A DNA stretch of 64,000 bases from Mobula hypostoma. Lineage: Eukaryota. The notes below the pieces were generated by a model, which saw only the letters and a program-made list of their open reading frames with translations, was not told the DNA's origin and searched no databases. The stretch is from contig NC_086101.1 of NCBI RefSeq assembly GCF_963921235.1, positions 2,108,001-2,172,000 of the forward strand, in the 5' to 3' direction. This document shows, piece by piece, positions 52,168-64,000 of this stretch (positions are counted from its first letter, which is position 1; each line of letters starts with the position of its first letter). A program made the position numbers and the translations under genes.

Positions 52168-52695
52168 AGGTTAGCAGGATGCTGAGGATGTTCTACGAGT
52201 CTGTGGTGGCCAGTGCGATCATGTTTGCTGTTGTGTGCCGGGGCAGCAGGCTGAGGGTAGCAGACACCAACAGAATCAACAAACTCATTCGTAAGGCCAG
52301 TGATGTTGTGGGGATGGAACTGGACTCTCTGACGGTGGTGTCTGAAAAGAGGATGCTGTCCAAGTTGCATGCCATCTTGGTCAATGTCTCCCATCCACTA
52401 CATAATGTACTGGGTGGGCACAGGAGTACATTCAGCCAGAGACTCATTCCACCGAGATGCAACACAGAGTGTCATAGGAAGTCATTCCTGCCTGTGGCCA
52501 TCAAACTTTACAACTCCTCCCTTGGAGGGTCAGACACCCTGAGCCAATAGGCTGGTCCTGGATTTATTTCATAATTTACTGGCATAATTTACATATTACT
52601 ATTTAACTACTTATGGCTCTATTACTATTTATTATTTATGATGCAACTGTAACGAAAACCAATTTCCCCCGGGATGACTATGACTACGACGACAA
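52168..52695 (+). mobile_element. Rex1-type LINE 3' end
   Basis: FYESVVAS, HPLH, RKSFLPVAIKLYN; (GACTAT)-like tail. Confidence 0.8.
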
Positions 52696-53139
52696 CAGGT
52701 GGTACCCCTCGAGCTGCGCTCCTGAATCGTGTGGATAAACCCCACCCCACCCCACTCCCCACTCCCCACTCCCCACTCCCCCCCCACTCCCCACCCCACC
52801 CCACTCCCCACCCCCCACCCCACCCCACTCCCCACCCCACTCCACACCTCACCCCACCACACTCTACTCCCCACCCCACTCCCCACTCCACCCCACCCCA
52901 GTCCCCACCCCACCCCCCCCACTCCCCACCCCACCCCCCCCACTCCCCAACTCTGACTCCGCGACTTTTATATGTCCAGCTGCTGCTGGTGGGGGCTCAG
53001 CCCGGAACGTCGACTTTCCTTGCCGTGACTGCTGAGTTTGTGCGCGGTACCTGGGTCTGCGGGTTTTCTCTGGTTCCGGTTCTGAAACTTACTTTGACCC
53101 CTGGAGAGGGGGGGCAGTGTCGGAGACAGGACAACTCCC

Positions 53140-53310
53140 GCGCCGCCGCCGCCGAGCGCTTGCCCGAGGACGCGCGCTCCCGCCGCCGAGCGCTTGCCCG
53201 AGGACGCGCGCTCCCGCCGCCGTGCGCTTGCCCGAGGACGCGCGCTCCCGCCGCCGTGCGCTTACCCGAGGACGCGCGCTCCCGCGCCGCCGCCGCCGCC
53301 GCCGCCGCTG
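53140..53310. repeat. 34-bp CpG-rich repeat x4 plus (GCC)n
   Basis: gccg[a/t]gcgctt[g/a]cccgaggacgcgcgctcccgcc. Confidence 0.9.
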
Positions 53311-53481
53311 TTCGCTGACCAAGAGCGCGGGCTCTGATGCCAACCGTCCGCAGTTTGAAATCGCAGGTCGGCGCCGCCTCGGCCAATCAGCTGAGGCGGT
53401 GGATGAGACACGTGACTCGGAGCGTCCAATAGATTCAGAGCGGTTGCCCGGTGAGCTGCCGTTTGTTTCAGGAAGGGCTCG
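53310..53481. promoter_or_regulatory. Putative bidirectional CpG-island promoter (SMIM40 - / KIFC1-like +) with non-coding first exons
   Basis: CHR-like TTTGAA 53354, CCAAT 53383 and 53426, CACGTG 53409; + donors gtgagc 53451 and gtgagg 53482; - donors gtaag ~53264 and ~53092. Confidence 0.7.
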
Positions 53482-53504
53482 GTGAGGCGCCAATTTAAAC
53501 CGGG

Positions 53505-54945
53505 GGTGGGGGTGGGGACCGGGCAATGGGGGGGGGCAGGGGGAGAGACGGGACGGGTGAAGGGAGTTGTGGTGAAGAGACGGAGGGGGATGAGACGGGA
53601 CGGGGGAGTGACGGGGTGGGGGTGAGACGGGGTGGGGGTGAGACGGAGGGGGATGAGACGGGGCGGGGGGGAGACGGAGGGGGGAGAGACGGGACCGGGG
53701 TGAGACGGGACGGGGAGACGGAGGGGGATGAGACGGGGCGGGGGGGAGACGGAGGGGGGTGAGACAGGACGGGGGGAGACGGGACGGGGGGGAGACGGGA
53801 CGGGGGGGAGACGGGACGGGACGGGGGTGAGACGGGACCGGGGTGAGACGGGACGGGGAGACGGAGGGGGAGTGACGGGATGGGGGGACGGAGCGGACAG
53901 ACGGGACGGGGAGACGGGACGGGGGTGAGAGGGGATGGGGGGACGGAGGGGGAAGACGGGACGGGGAGACGGAGGGGGAGAGACGAGACGGGGGTGAGAC
54001 GCGGGGGGGGGGAGAAATTGCCTGGGTGGGGAGAGGTGGGACACGGGCAGCCACCGATGGGTTAGGTGAAGAGAGACATGACTGTGGGGAGGAGGGGGGA
54101 GAGACGGGCAAGGGGCTGGGGATTGAGAGACGGGGCGGATGAAGACAGACGAGGCGGGGCAGGGAGAGGGGGAGATATAGGCCAGTGCGGACGGGGGGAG
54201 AGAAGGGCAGGGGCAGAAAGGAGGTGGGGTAGAGGGGGAGATGGGCCGGTGGGGTAGGGACAGAGACGGGGTTGTGTGGAGATGGGGGTAGGGGGAAGAG
54301 AGTAAGTCAGGCCTGGGGGGTAGAGAGATAGAGAGAGTTGGGGTGGGGGGAGTTCGAGAGAAATGAAGAGATGGGGTAGATGGGGTGGGGGCTGGGGAGA
54401 GACAGGGTGGGGGTAGAGGGAGTGGGAGGGAGAAGATGCCAAGGGTGATGAGGGTGGTTGGATAGGAGTTGGGGAGAGAGGTGAGGGAGGGGATGGTGGA
54501 GGGTGATGAGGGGTTTGGGGAGATGGTGATGGGAGAGGTGAGGGAGGGGAGGGTAGAGAGTGATGAAGGGTTTGAGAAGATGGTGGATAGTGATGAGGGA
54601 TTTGGGGAGATGGTGATGGGAGAGAGGCGAGGGAGGGGATGGTGGGTGATGAGGGGTTTGGGGAGATGGTGGACAGTGATGAGGGGTTTGGGGAGATGGT
54701 GATGGGAGAGAGGTGAGGGAGGGGATGGTGGGTGATGAGGGGTTTGGGGAGATGGTGATAGGGAGAGAGGTGAGGGAGGGGATGGTGGAGGGTGATGAGG
54801 GGTTTGGGGAGATGGTGATAGGGAGGGAGGGGAGGGCAGAGAGCGATAAGGGGTGAGTTGACAGAGGAACGGGACTGAAGGGGTGACGGGGTTGGTCGGA
54901 CTGACGGGGAGTGGGCATGGGCTGGGATGGGGGTGACAGGGGTGT
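53505..54945 (+). repeat. G/A-rich low-complexity and short tandem repeats (gagacggga; gatgaggggtttggggagatggt)
   Basis: Extreme G skew; mirrored by the C-rich tract at 52740-52950. Confidence 0.9.
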
Positions 54946-55032
54946 GTGTTGCTCTGTTTCTCCCACCTTTACCCTGTTCTAAAACTGGCTGTGACACACC
55001 CACTCCCTCTCCACTCAGCACTGATTCGCAGA

Positions 55033-55128
55033 ATGGATTGGAGCCGGGGGTTACCTGTTGGCCAAGACAGACCCGCTGAGAGCCGGCCCCTGACGAAGAA
55101 ACGCAAACTACAGGATGAAAATGCAGAG
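55033..55128 (+). CDS. KIFC1: First coding exon of probable kinesin-14 (KIFC1/XCTK2-like) N-terminal tail
   Basis: Acceptor ccctctccactcag| at 55018, agaATGg, MDWSRGLPVGQDRPAESRPLTKKRKLQDENAE |gtgagc; KRK...DENxE resembles recalled XCTK2; sits next to SMIM40. The motor domain is not in the window. Confidence 0.55.
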
Positions 55129-55589
55129 GTGAGCAGCTCCAAATCGGACCAGGATTAGGTTGTTATCGCTGTTTTATAAGACATTGTTTGATTTGGTGAT
55201 ATTGCCCAGAGGTTTTTCAGAAATGAAGAATGAGACACAAAGCTGAGTTATTAAACGTTCTCTCCACACTCAGGATTGTGTGGCCAGACATTGTCTCTGA
55301 ATTTGCCAGTGGTACAACTGTTGGCAGAATGTTAGATGGTCATGAGGAGGCAAGTGGAGTGGTGTCAAAACAACAAACGGGCACTTCGTCAGGAGAAGAC
55401 CTGCAGATGCTGGACACTGCCTGGCCTGCAGCATTTTGTGTGTGAAACTTGCACTCTTCATCAGTAAGATAAAGGAGTTGATTGTGGACTTCATAAAGGG
55501 CAAGACGAGGGAACACAGATAAGTCCTTTATCAGGGATCTCTGGGGAAAGGGTGAGCAACTTCAAATACCTTGGTGTCAAGATAAAGAT

Positions 55590-57147
55590 GTGACGTAGGA
55601 TCGGAAGATGTTGAATTCTTGTGGGTTAAATTAACAATCTGCAAGGGTAAGAGGACCCAGATGGCAGTTATCTACAGGCCTCCAACAGTGGCCGGGAGGT
55701 GGACCACAGGGAATAGAAAAGGCATGTCTATAGGGCAATGTTATGATAGCTGAGGGAAATTTCATCATGTGGGAAGATCAAGTTGGAAATGGATCTCTAG
55801 AGTGAGTTTGTTGAATGCCTACAAGATGGCTGTTTAGAGTAGTTTGTCATTGAGCTTACGACAGCATTAGCTATACCGGATTGGGTGTTATGTAACGAAA
55901 TGGAGGTGGTTAGGGAGCTTCAGGTAAAAGAATCCTTAGGTATCAGTGATCACAATATGATTGTGTTCAACTTGAAATTTGACAGGGAGAAAGTAAAGTC
56001 TGATGTAGCAGTATTTCAGTGGAGTAAAGGAAATTACAATGGAGTAATTACAGAGAGAAGTTGGCCAAAGTAAATTGGAAGGAGTTGTTGGCAGGGATGA
56101 CAGCCGAGCAGCAATGGTGTGAGTTTCTGGGGAAAAATGAGGAAGGAGCAGGATAGATGGTATTCCAAAAATGAAGAAACACTCAACTGGCAAAATAGTA
56201 CAATTGTGGCTGACAAGGGAAGTCAAAGCTAATGTCAAACCGAAAGAGAGGGCATACCACAAAACAAAAATTAGTGGGAAGACCGGATTGGGAAGCTTTC
56301 AAAATCCTACAGAGCAACTAAAAGAATCATAAGGAGGGAAAAGATGAAATATGAAAGCAAGCCAGCAAACAGTATCAATGTGGATAGTAAGAGCTTTTCA
56401 AGCATGTAAAAATTAAGAGATGAGAGTGGATATAGGACCACTAGAAAATGAGGCAGGAGAAATAATAATGGGGGCCAAGTAGATAGCTGATGAACTAAAT
56501 GAATATTTTGCATCAGTCTTTACTGTGGAGGACACTAGCAGTGTCCCAGATGTTAATGGATATGAGAAAAGAGAAGTAAGTGCAGTTACCATGACAAGGG
56601 AGAAGGTGATCAAAAAGCTGAAAGACCCAAGGGTAAATAAGTCACCTGGGGCATATGAACTTCGCCCTAGGCTTCTGAAAGAGGTAGCAGTAGAGATTGT
56701 GGAGGCATTAGAAATGATCTTTCAAAAATCATCAGACTCTTGTATGGTGCCAGAGGACTGGAAAATTGCAAATGTCACTCCACTCTTTAAGAAAGGGGGA
56801 AGGCAGCAGAAATACAATTATAGACCAGTTAGCCTGACCTCAGTGGTTGGGAAGATGTTGGAGTCAATTGTTAAGGCTGAGGTTGTGGAGTACTTGGTGA
56901 CACAGGACAAGATAGGTCAAAGTCAGCATGGTTTTCTTAAGGGAAAATCCTGTTGGAATTCTTTGAGGAGTAGGATAGATAAAGGGGATGCAGTAGATGT
57001 TGTACATTTGGACCTTCAGAAGGTCAAACATGAAGCTAAGAGCCCATGATATTACTGGAAAGTTACTGGCATGGTTAGAGCATTGACTGATTAGTAGGAG
57101 GCAGCGAGTGGGAATAAAAGGATCCTTTTCAGGTTGGCTGCCAGTGA
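55590..57147 (+). mobile_element. Decayed CR1 ORF2 (APE end to RT)
   Basis: LGISDHNMI, PEDWKIANVTPLFKKG, NYRPVSLTS. Confidence 0.85.
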
Positions 57148-58959
57148 GCAATTACATGTATATTATATAAAATTATAAGCTACCATAGAAAAGTTAAACT
57201 AGAAGAAAAAACCAAGAGAAATAACAATCTTACACCCTGCCATTTGTTGTTTGTGGTAAATTACAAAACCACCAAATAAATACAAAAGTGAGCTTGTGTT
57301 CGTGGACTGTTCAGAGATCAGATGGTGGAGGGGAAAGATAGGCCACTGCCAGTAGCTCACCAGAGTCTTCTGTCCAGGGCCAGTCTTTTCTGTTGTCTTC
57401 AGGTGCAGCTCATCTTTTTGGTGTATCCCTCCTCTCCCAGGGATGAGGTCTTTGGATCTTCTGTTGGCGTTTCGGTAGCGCTGGATTTTTATGGGATGGG
57501 GTTGCTAGCCCTGTCCCCAGTCCTCTTTTCACAACAGGTTTGGGACTGTCCATGGGGAAGAATCTGTTCCTAAAACGTTGTGTGTGTCTTCAGACTCCTG
57601 TACCCTCCGCCCTGATGGTAGCAATGAGAAAAGGGCGTTGTCTGGGTGGTGAGGGTCTTTTGAACATGCCTCGAAGTTGGGGTGGCTGCTTGAGTCAGCT
57701 TGTCTTGATATTGTGCATTAGAGCCTTTGTACCAGCCGTAATTGTACTGAAGGACTGAGTGGCCACCCTTGCTCCCATTTCTAAAGTACTTACCCAGCCA
57801 AATTCAAAGCACTGCACATCACCCAAAGGGACAGAATCAGGTGAATTGATAGAGGTAGACAAGGGGGTGGTGCAGGTGGATGCTGAAAATGAGGGCATAG
57901 CAACACAATGCAGGAGGGACTCAGCAGGCCAGGCAGTATCTGAGGACGGGAATGAACGACCGAGATCCTTCGTCCAAGATTCATGATTGTTCAATGTCAT
58001 TTCCAGTGCTCAAGTGTGAAGGAGAACAAAGTAATTGTTGCTTCCAATCTGATGCAGCACAAAAACCCCACAAAAGATAAGAACACAATAATAAAAAACA
58101 CAATAAATGCAAATACATAAGATAACTTGTATATAGAGATTGTGTGTCCTCAGTATTGCTGGACACAGGAGTGTCTGTACGTAAGGTGACTGACAGGAAA
58201 TGATAAGGTAGTGGTGTAAGGGTGGGTTAGTGTGTGGAGGTGTTGGTTAGCCTCACTGCTTGGGGAAAGTAACTGTTATTGAGTCTGGTGATCCTGGAGT
58301 GGATGCGATGATGTTACCGGCCCTTTTCTGGCACTTTTCTGTATGTACGTCCTTGATGTTGGGTAGGCTGGTGTTGGTGATGCATGGAGAGTTTTGACCA
58401 CCCGTTATCGAGCCACCTTGCCCGCCACAGTGCCAAGCAACATGTTAGCATGCTCTCTGCAGTTCATCTGTAGAATGACATGAGTATAGATGTGTAAAGT
58501 CCAGCTCTCTTCAGTCTCAGAAAGTAGCTTTCCTGATTGTGTGGAATATATTATGGGATCATGAGAGGTTGTGTGAGATGTGCACTTCCAGGAGTTTGAA
58601 ACTGCTTGAAGTTTCCACTTCTGTGCTGCGGTGTGACTGGTGCGAGTTCTCCCCAAGTTGATAGCCATCTCTTTTGTCTTGTCATGAAGAAAGAGGTTAT
58701 TTGTCTGGTACCAAGCCTCAGGTTCTTCCACCTTCTCTCTGTAGGCCATCTCATCGTTGTTGGTGGTGAGTTTGTCGTCAGCGAACTGACAGTGTGACTA
58801 CTGGAGTGTTTGGCCGCGCAGTTGTGTGCGAGCAGAGTGCCCAGCACTGGGCTCGGCACGAGGGGTGGGCTTACCCCTGCTGAGGGTGGTGGGGAGGGAG
58901 GAGGGCTCTGAGGTCTGTAACTGGTGCACCAATTGTGAGTTGGAGAGCTCTGAGAGAGG

Positions 58960-60075
58960 AGGCAGCGCACAGGCCCGGGAGCAAAGTTTAAAAGGGGAAA
59001 GCATCACGGGAACTCGGCTATAACCGGAACACCAATCATGAGTCGGAGAGCTGGGAAGGTCCAGGCATAAAAGGGAGACACTGCCTAGTGGAGCGGCCAT
59101 CGATGGAATGGTTTGAGGCAGAATGGTAGGACTTTGGCTCATTTGGGCTTCAGCGAGGTCAGTGAGTAGGGGGACTTCATTTTTTTTTTCCCCTTGCATT
59201 TTTTTTTGAGGGATAGAGAGCACCTGAAGGCACATGACAAGATAGGCCAAAGTCAGCATGGTGCCCTGAAAGGAAAATCCTGCCTGACTAACCAACTGCA
59301 ATTTTTTGAAGAAATTACAAGCAGGGTAGACAAAGGAAATACAGTAGATGTGGTGTACTTGGATTTTCAGAAGGCCTTTGACAAGACGCCACACATGAGG
59401 CTGCTTAGCAAGATAAGATCCAATGGAATTACAGGGGAGTTACTAGCCTGGGTGGAGCATTGGCTGATTGGCAGAAAACAGAGAGTGGGAATAAAGGGAT
59501 CCTATTCTGGCTGGCTGCCGGTTATCAGTGGGCAAAGAAGTGGCAAATGAAATACAATGTTGGAAAGTGTATGGTCATGCACTTTGGTGGAAGAAATGAA
59601 TGGGCAGACTATTATTTAGATGGGAAGAGAATTCAAAATGCAGAGATGCAAACGGACTTGAGAGTCCTTGTGCAGGATACCCTAAAGGTTAACCTCCAGG
59701 TTGAGTTGGTGGTGAAGAAAGCAAATACAATTTTGACATTCATTTCTAGAGGTATAGAATATAAGAGCAGGCTCTATAAGGCACTTGTGAGACCACACGG
59801 AGTGTTGTGTGCAGTTTTGGGCTCCTTATTTTAGAAAGGATATACTAACATTGGAGAAGGTTAGAGAAGATTCACGAGAATGATTCCAGGAATAAAAGGG
59901 TTACCATATAGAAACATTCTGAATGTTAAAAGGCCTGCACAGATTAGATATGGCCAAGTTATTTCCCATGGTAGGGGAGTCCAGGACAAGAGGGCACGAC
60001 TTCAGGATTGAAGGATGTCCACTTAGAGCAGAGATGTGGAGAATGGCCTACTTCTGCTCCTATATCCTATGGTCT
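58960..60075 (+). mobile_element. Internally deleted CR1
   Basis: SQHG..KGKSCLTN, YLDFQKAFDK, WQMKYNVGKC. Confidence 0.8.
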
Positions 60076-60419
60076 GTTGGTTAAGAAATCCAACACCCAG
60101 TTGCACAGTTGTGTATATTTATACCGAGGGATTTAACTAAGGTTTGTGGAACAATAGTGTTGAATACCGAACTGATATCCAGAACAACATTCTGGCATAA
60201 GTTCCACCAGGACTCGGGTTGAAGATCCAGCAAGACGTCACGGACAGCTGCTTCATGCAGACGCTGATTTGCAGTGAGTTGCCACAGATAGTGGTTGAGG
60301 TAGGCAGATTAACGTTATTTGTAACCCTTCCAGGCAAGTCCTTGTATAGGAGAGGTTTCGTGGGCTATGGGTCAAATGCAGACAGCACAGTCAGCGTGGA
60401 GGAGTTGTCTCCTTTCTGA

Positions 60420-61420
60420 CCATGTCATCTACCACCCTGACTCCAGTACTTCTCACCAGAGTCCTTGAACAGACTGCAGCTTCCCCGTTTTACATTGGTA
60501 ATATCCCAGGCTTCATGTCAGGCACACCACCACCCCGCCCCCCCCCCGGGCCTCACCCAAAACACATGAATGATCATTGTGCTCTATCCCTCTGTCCTTC
60601 TCTAATGCCAGCATTCCTTGACATGCCCCTACTCCCAAGCCTCACCACCCACTCCTGCTGACATCATTCAGGCCCTAAACAGTCCTTCCAGGTGAGGTGA
60701 CTCTCCATCAGGGTCATCTACTGTATCCACTGTCCCTAGTGCAGCCTCCTCTATGTTGGTGACATCCAACAGATTGGTGGATTGCTTCGTTGAGCACCTT
60801 TGCTCTGACTGCCGCAAAAGACGGGTTTTCCTGTTATCTACCCATTTTAATTCTACTTCCCATTTCCATTTGGACATGTCTGTCATGGGCTCCTCTACCG
60901 TCACAAAGAGGCCACTCAAGTTGGAGGAGCCTGATGGCATGAATATCAATTCCTCCAGCCTTGTAATTTCTCCCCCCTCCTCTCCCTAGTCTCTTTTTTC
61001 ATTCCCCATATCGGCTCTTCCCTCACTCCTTCTCTTCTTCTCACCTGCCCATCACCTCCTGGTGGTGTTCCTCCTTTCCGTTCTTTCACTCTTCTCTCCA
61101 ATCAGATTCTTTCTTCTCCAGCCCTCTACTTCTTCCGCTTATCACCTCCCAGCTTCCTTCTTCATTGCTCCCCTGCCGCACCCACCTACTTTTCCCCTCA
61201 CCTGGTCCGCCTAACACCTGCCAGCTTGTAGTCCTACCCCTCCCACACCTTATTCTGGCTTCTGCCCCATTGCTGTCCAGCGCTGGTAAAGGGCATCATC
61301 CGCCTGAAGTTTTGACTGTTCATTCCTCTCCATAGATGCTGCCTGACTTGTTGAGTTCCTCCAGCATTATGGGTATGTTGCTCGAGATTACCAGTGTGTG
61401 CAAAATCTCTTGTGTTTATC
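60420..61420 (+). mobile_element. Decayed Penelope-like element (GIY-YIG plus tail)
   Basis: GPKQSFQVR, GVIYCIHC, LYVG remnants; pyrimidine tract; gatgctgcctgacttgttgagttcctccagca tail. Confidence 0.7.
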
Positions 61421-61868
61421 AGTCATGGCCTTGTGTACATTTCCACTGACCCACCAACCCTCCTCGACTGCGACTGCCCACCGGCATAATATTCCTTCAG
61501 TGAGATTTACTGGAGGACCAACATTATTCTAATCCATGCCGACTGCCATAACTGAAGCAGGTGAGCACTTGGAAATGTGCTGAGATCAGAGGGTATACTT
61601 TGTACTTTATGTTCAGAACAAAATGGGGAGGGTCTGTGATATGAGGAATCACAGAAAGTGTAGTATACCTGTAACCCAGCTCAACATGGTTATTGTACAG
61701 AACTGAATTAATTTTGCACTCGGACATTTCCTGAGCTTTGGGAAAGGGCAATTGCCAGTTTTCTTCTAAGTCTTTGGCTTCATAGTGACAGCACAAAGGG
61801 GTTAGTTTTAAATGGTGCTTGGCATACATATGACACTGTCTCTTTTTGTTTATGGTTTGGAGCAACAG

Positions 61869-61979
61869 AATATCACTGGAAGTACAGTTAACAACCGGAT
61901 CCCATCATTACAACGCTCACGACTTCCACAGCCTTTAGCGAAGAAGACAGAGCTGACAACAGCAGTGACCAGAACCAAC
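61869..61979 (+). CDS. KIFC1: Next coding exon of the probable KIFC1-like gene
   Basis: T-rich tract and cag|, 111 bp, phase 0-0, NITGSTVNNRIPSLQRSRLPQPLAKKTELTTAVTRTN |gtgagt; SRLP and NRIP SxIP-like motifs. Confidence 0.55.
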
Positions 61980-62413
61980 GTGAGTCCCTCTGAGTGCCAG
62001 TCAAAGTATGGATGGGAGGGTCAGAGTCCCTAATGTGTGACGACTAAACACCGATGATGCTCAGGGAGGGTGGGGTCAGGGTGGGTCAGAGAAGTTTAGT
62101 AGAAGTGTAATATTCATTGCCCAGTGTCAGATCTGGATGTGTGGTTGGGAGGAGGGTCGGAGGGAAAGAGAAAAAGGCCTCATTCCCCACGTTACACTCG
62201 ATGCTTGTGAAATGCCGTTGGTTTCTTCAGCTGTGTAAGTCTAGGGAAGATGCTCCCAATCTGCCAAACCCGTGAGATTGAGACGGCTCTCACCCCGCCC
62301 AAACCCTGGTTTGTGTGGATGCTGTGTAACTTGCTACCCGGTTATAAATTAGTGCCACATAATAACAGGCAATACACTGCATATGATTAAAGGAATTATA
62401 TTTATTAATCTTA

Positions 62414-63285
62414 TGTCACGTGCCCAGCAACAATGAATATATAATTGAGTCAGGTTTGAAAAAACAAACATAAACATTTATTAAACTCTGCTCAACAATA
62501 GCGAAAAGAATTCAAACGACTAACTTAACCGGAAGTTAACTGCTATGCGGCAACTCTGGAACAGTTCCTAAAGTGGTAAATTCAAACACAGTCTTAAAAT
62601 GGTAAATTCGAAAGTCCAAGTGATTTACACAGTCAGTAAGGAGAGACTTCTCTGGAAACAGATTTCTTCGAAGACTTGACGTTACTGCTGATCCCGTCCA
62701 AAGGATTCGCGACGAAGGAAATAAAATGGCTTAAAGGAACTGATCTTTTCCTGGTGAATGAACACTGCAAAAAAAAAAACCTTCCTGATATTACAGGGGT
62801 TATCTCAGATGCAGGTCACTATTTCTGAACGAAGATTCAATAAGGTCGATCCTTTATGAAACCACCGAACGACACCAACTTTACTCGATCCTTCAGATTC
62901 CCGTACTTTAGTAAGATCTTCACTCTCCAATACTACCGTAAAGATAAATCAAAGATACCCCAAGCAAAACTGGCAGCGATTGGCGAAACTGCCAGCACAA
63001 CGATTTTACCTTGCAATAGAAAGTAAAACTCCACTTTAAAACGAAACTGTGTCATGAGATGAATACGCAGCATAATGGAGTAACAGATGAACTAACGAAA
63101 ACTAAACTGCGTCACAACAGGGGTTTCCCTTTATATATCTGTTGAGAACATGTCATCACGTGACCTCACACTCGTGGGAAAATCACATCACCCCACCATC
63201 ACAAGACCATTACGTCATGCTCACAAGATACTCAATTACATCTTGGTCATAAGACAGTCACAAGATGCCTACGAGGTATGTAACA
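62414..63285 (-). mobile_element. Solo LTR (872 bp) nested in another LTR-like element (~62234-63515)
   Basis: TGTCAC...GTAACA termini, exact CTTA TSD; minus-strand AATAAA ~62477 and TATATAA ~63130. Confidence 0.85.
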
Positions 63286-63514
63286 CTTAATTTACCTAAA
63301 GGTTTAGTAAAGAAAAGGGCCCATTTTAATTAAACAGTCAGATGTACAAGTTGGAGCTGGGCCTCAGTGGCTGTCAGTGAAACAAGTTGGACCTCAATGG
63401 ATCGGCACCTGGCTCCATCGAATCACGATCGCGCACCGGGTCAAATCCTACACCCGGTTCTGTCCAGCATCTTCGTCTTCATCTCCCACTGAACAAAGAC
63501 CAGCCCAAAACCAA

Positions 63515-64000
63515 CCTTCTCTGCACTCTTTCAACCTTATTAATATCCTTCCTGTAATTTGGTGACCAAAACTGAGCACGATACTCCAGATTCGGCCTCA
63601 CCAATGCCTTATACAACCTCATCATAACATTCCAGCTCTTATACTCAATACTTCGATTAATAAAGGCCAATGTACCAAAAGCTCTCTTTACGACCCTATC
63701 TACCTGTAACGCCACTTTTAGGGAATCTTGTACCTGTATTCCCAGATCCCTCTGTTCCACTGCACTCCTCAGTACCTTACCATTAACCCTGTATGTTCTA
63801 CCTTGGTTTGTCCTTCCAACGTGCAATACCTCACACTTGTCTGTATTAAACTCCATCTGCCATTTTTCAGCCCATTTTTCCAGCTGGTCCAAATCCCTCT
63901 GCAAGCTTTGAAAACCTTCCTCACTGTCCACTACACCTCCAATCTTTGTATCATTAGCAAATTTGCTGATCCAATTTACCACATTATCATCCAGATCATT
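63515..64000 (-). mobile_element. CR1 RT fragment
   Basis: KFANDTKIGG...WQMEFN...LEYRAQFWSP. Confidence 0.9.

Noticed and set aside
57787-57840. 54-nt phase-0 exon candidate in the KIFC1-like intron
   Set aside because: Weak AAG acceptor and gtgaat donor; no motif support.

Overview
Eukaryotic genomic DNA. The repeat mix (CR1, Rex1/Babar, RTE, Penelope-like elements, V-SINEs, Tc1, solo LTRs) suggests a cartilaginous fish, most likely a batoid; this is inference. Most ORF-track entries are transposon debris or repeat artefacts, and the real genes had to be assembled from splice sites. (1) An unnamed minus-strand Ig-superfamily membrane gene: signal-peptide exon 14693-14630, Ig exon 13620-13360, TM exon 390-283, continuing off the left edge. 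(2) A complete 4-exon C11orf98 (+, 25658-32744, 122 aa). (3) SMIM40 (-, 51725-51450, 91 aa). (4) Head-to-head with SMIM40, the 5' exons of a probable KIFC1/kinesin-14 (+). Notable non-coding structure: a 6.2-kb 30-bp minisatellite that appears to be an amplified Pol III A-box segment of a V-SINE head; a 2.5-kb CpG-intact 38-bp array abutting the C11orf98 promoter; mirror-image GC-skewed repeats around both putative divergent promoters; Penelope-type minimal hammerhead ribozymes; four solo LTRs with 4-bp TSDs; and a locally templated insertion. Gene names rest on recalled protein similarity, not database searches. TE fragment boundaries are approximate.
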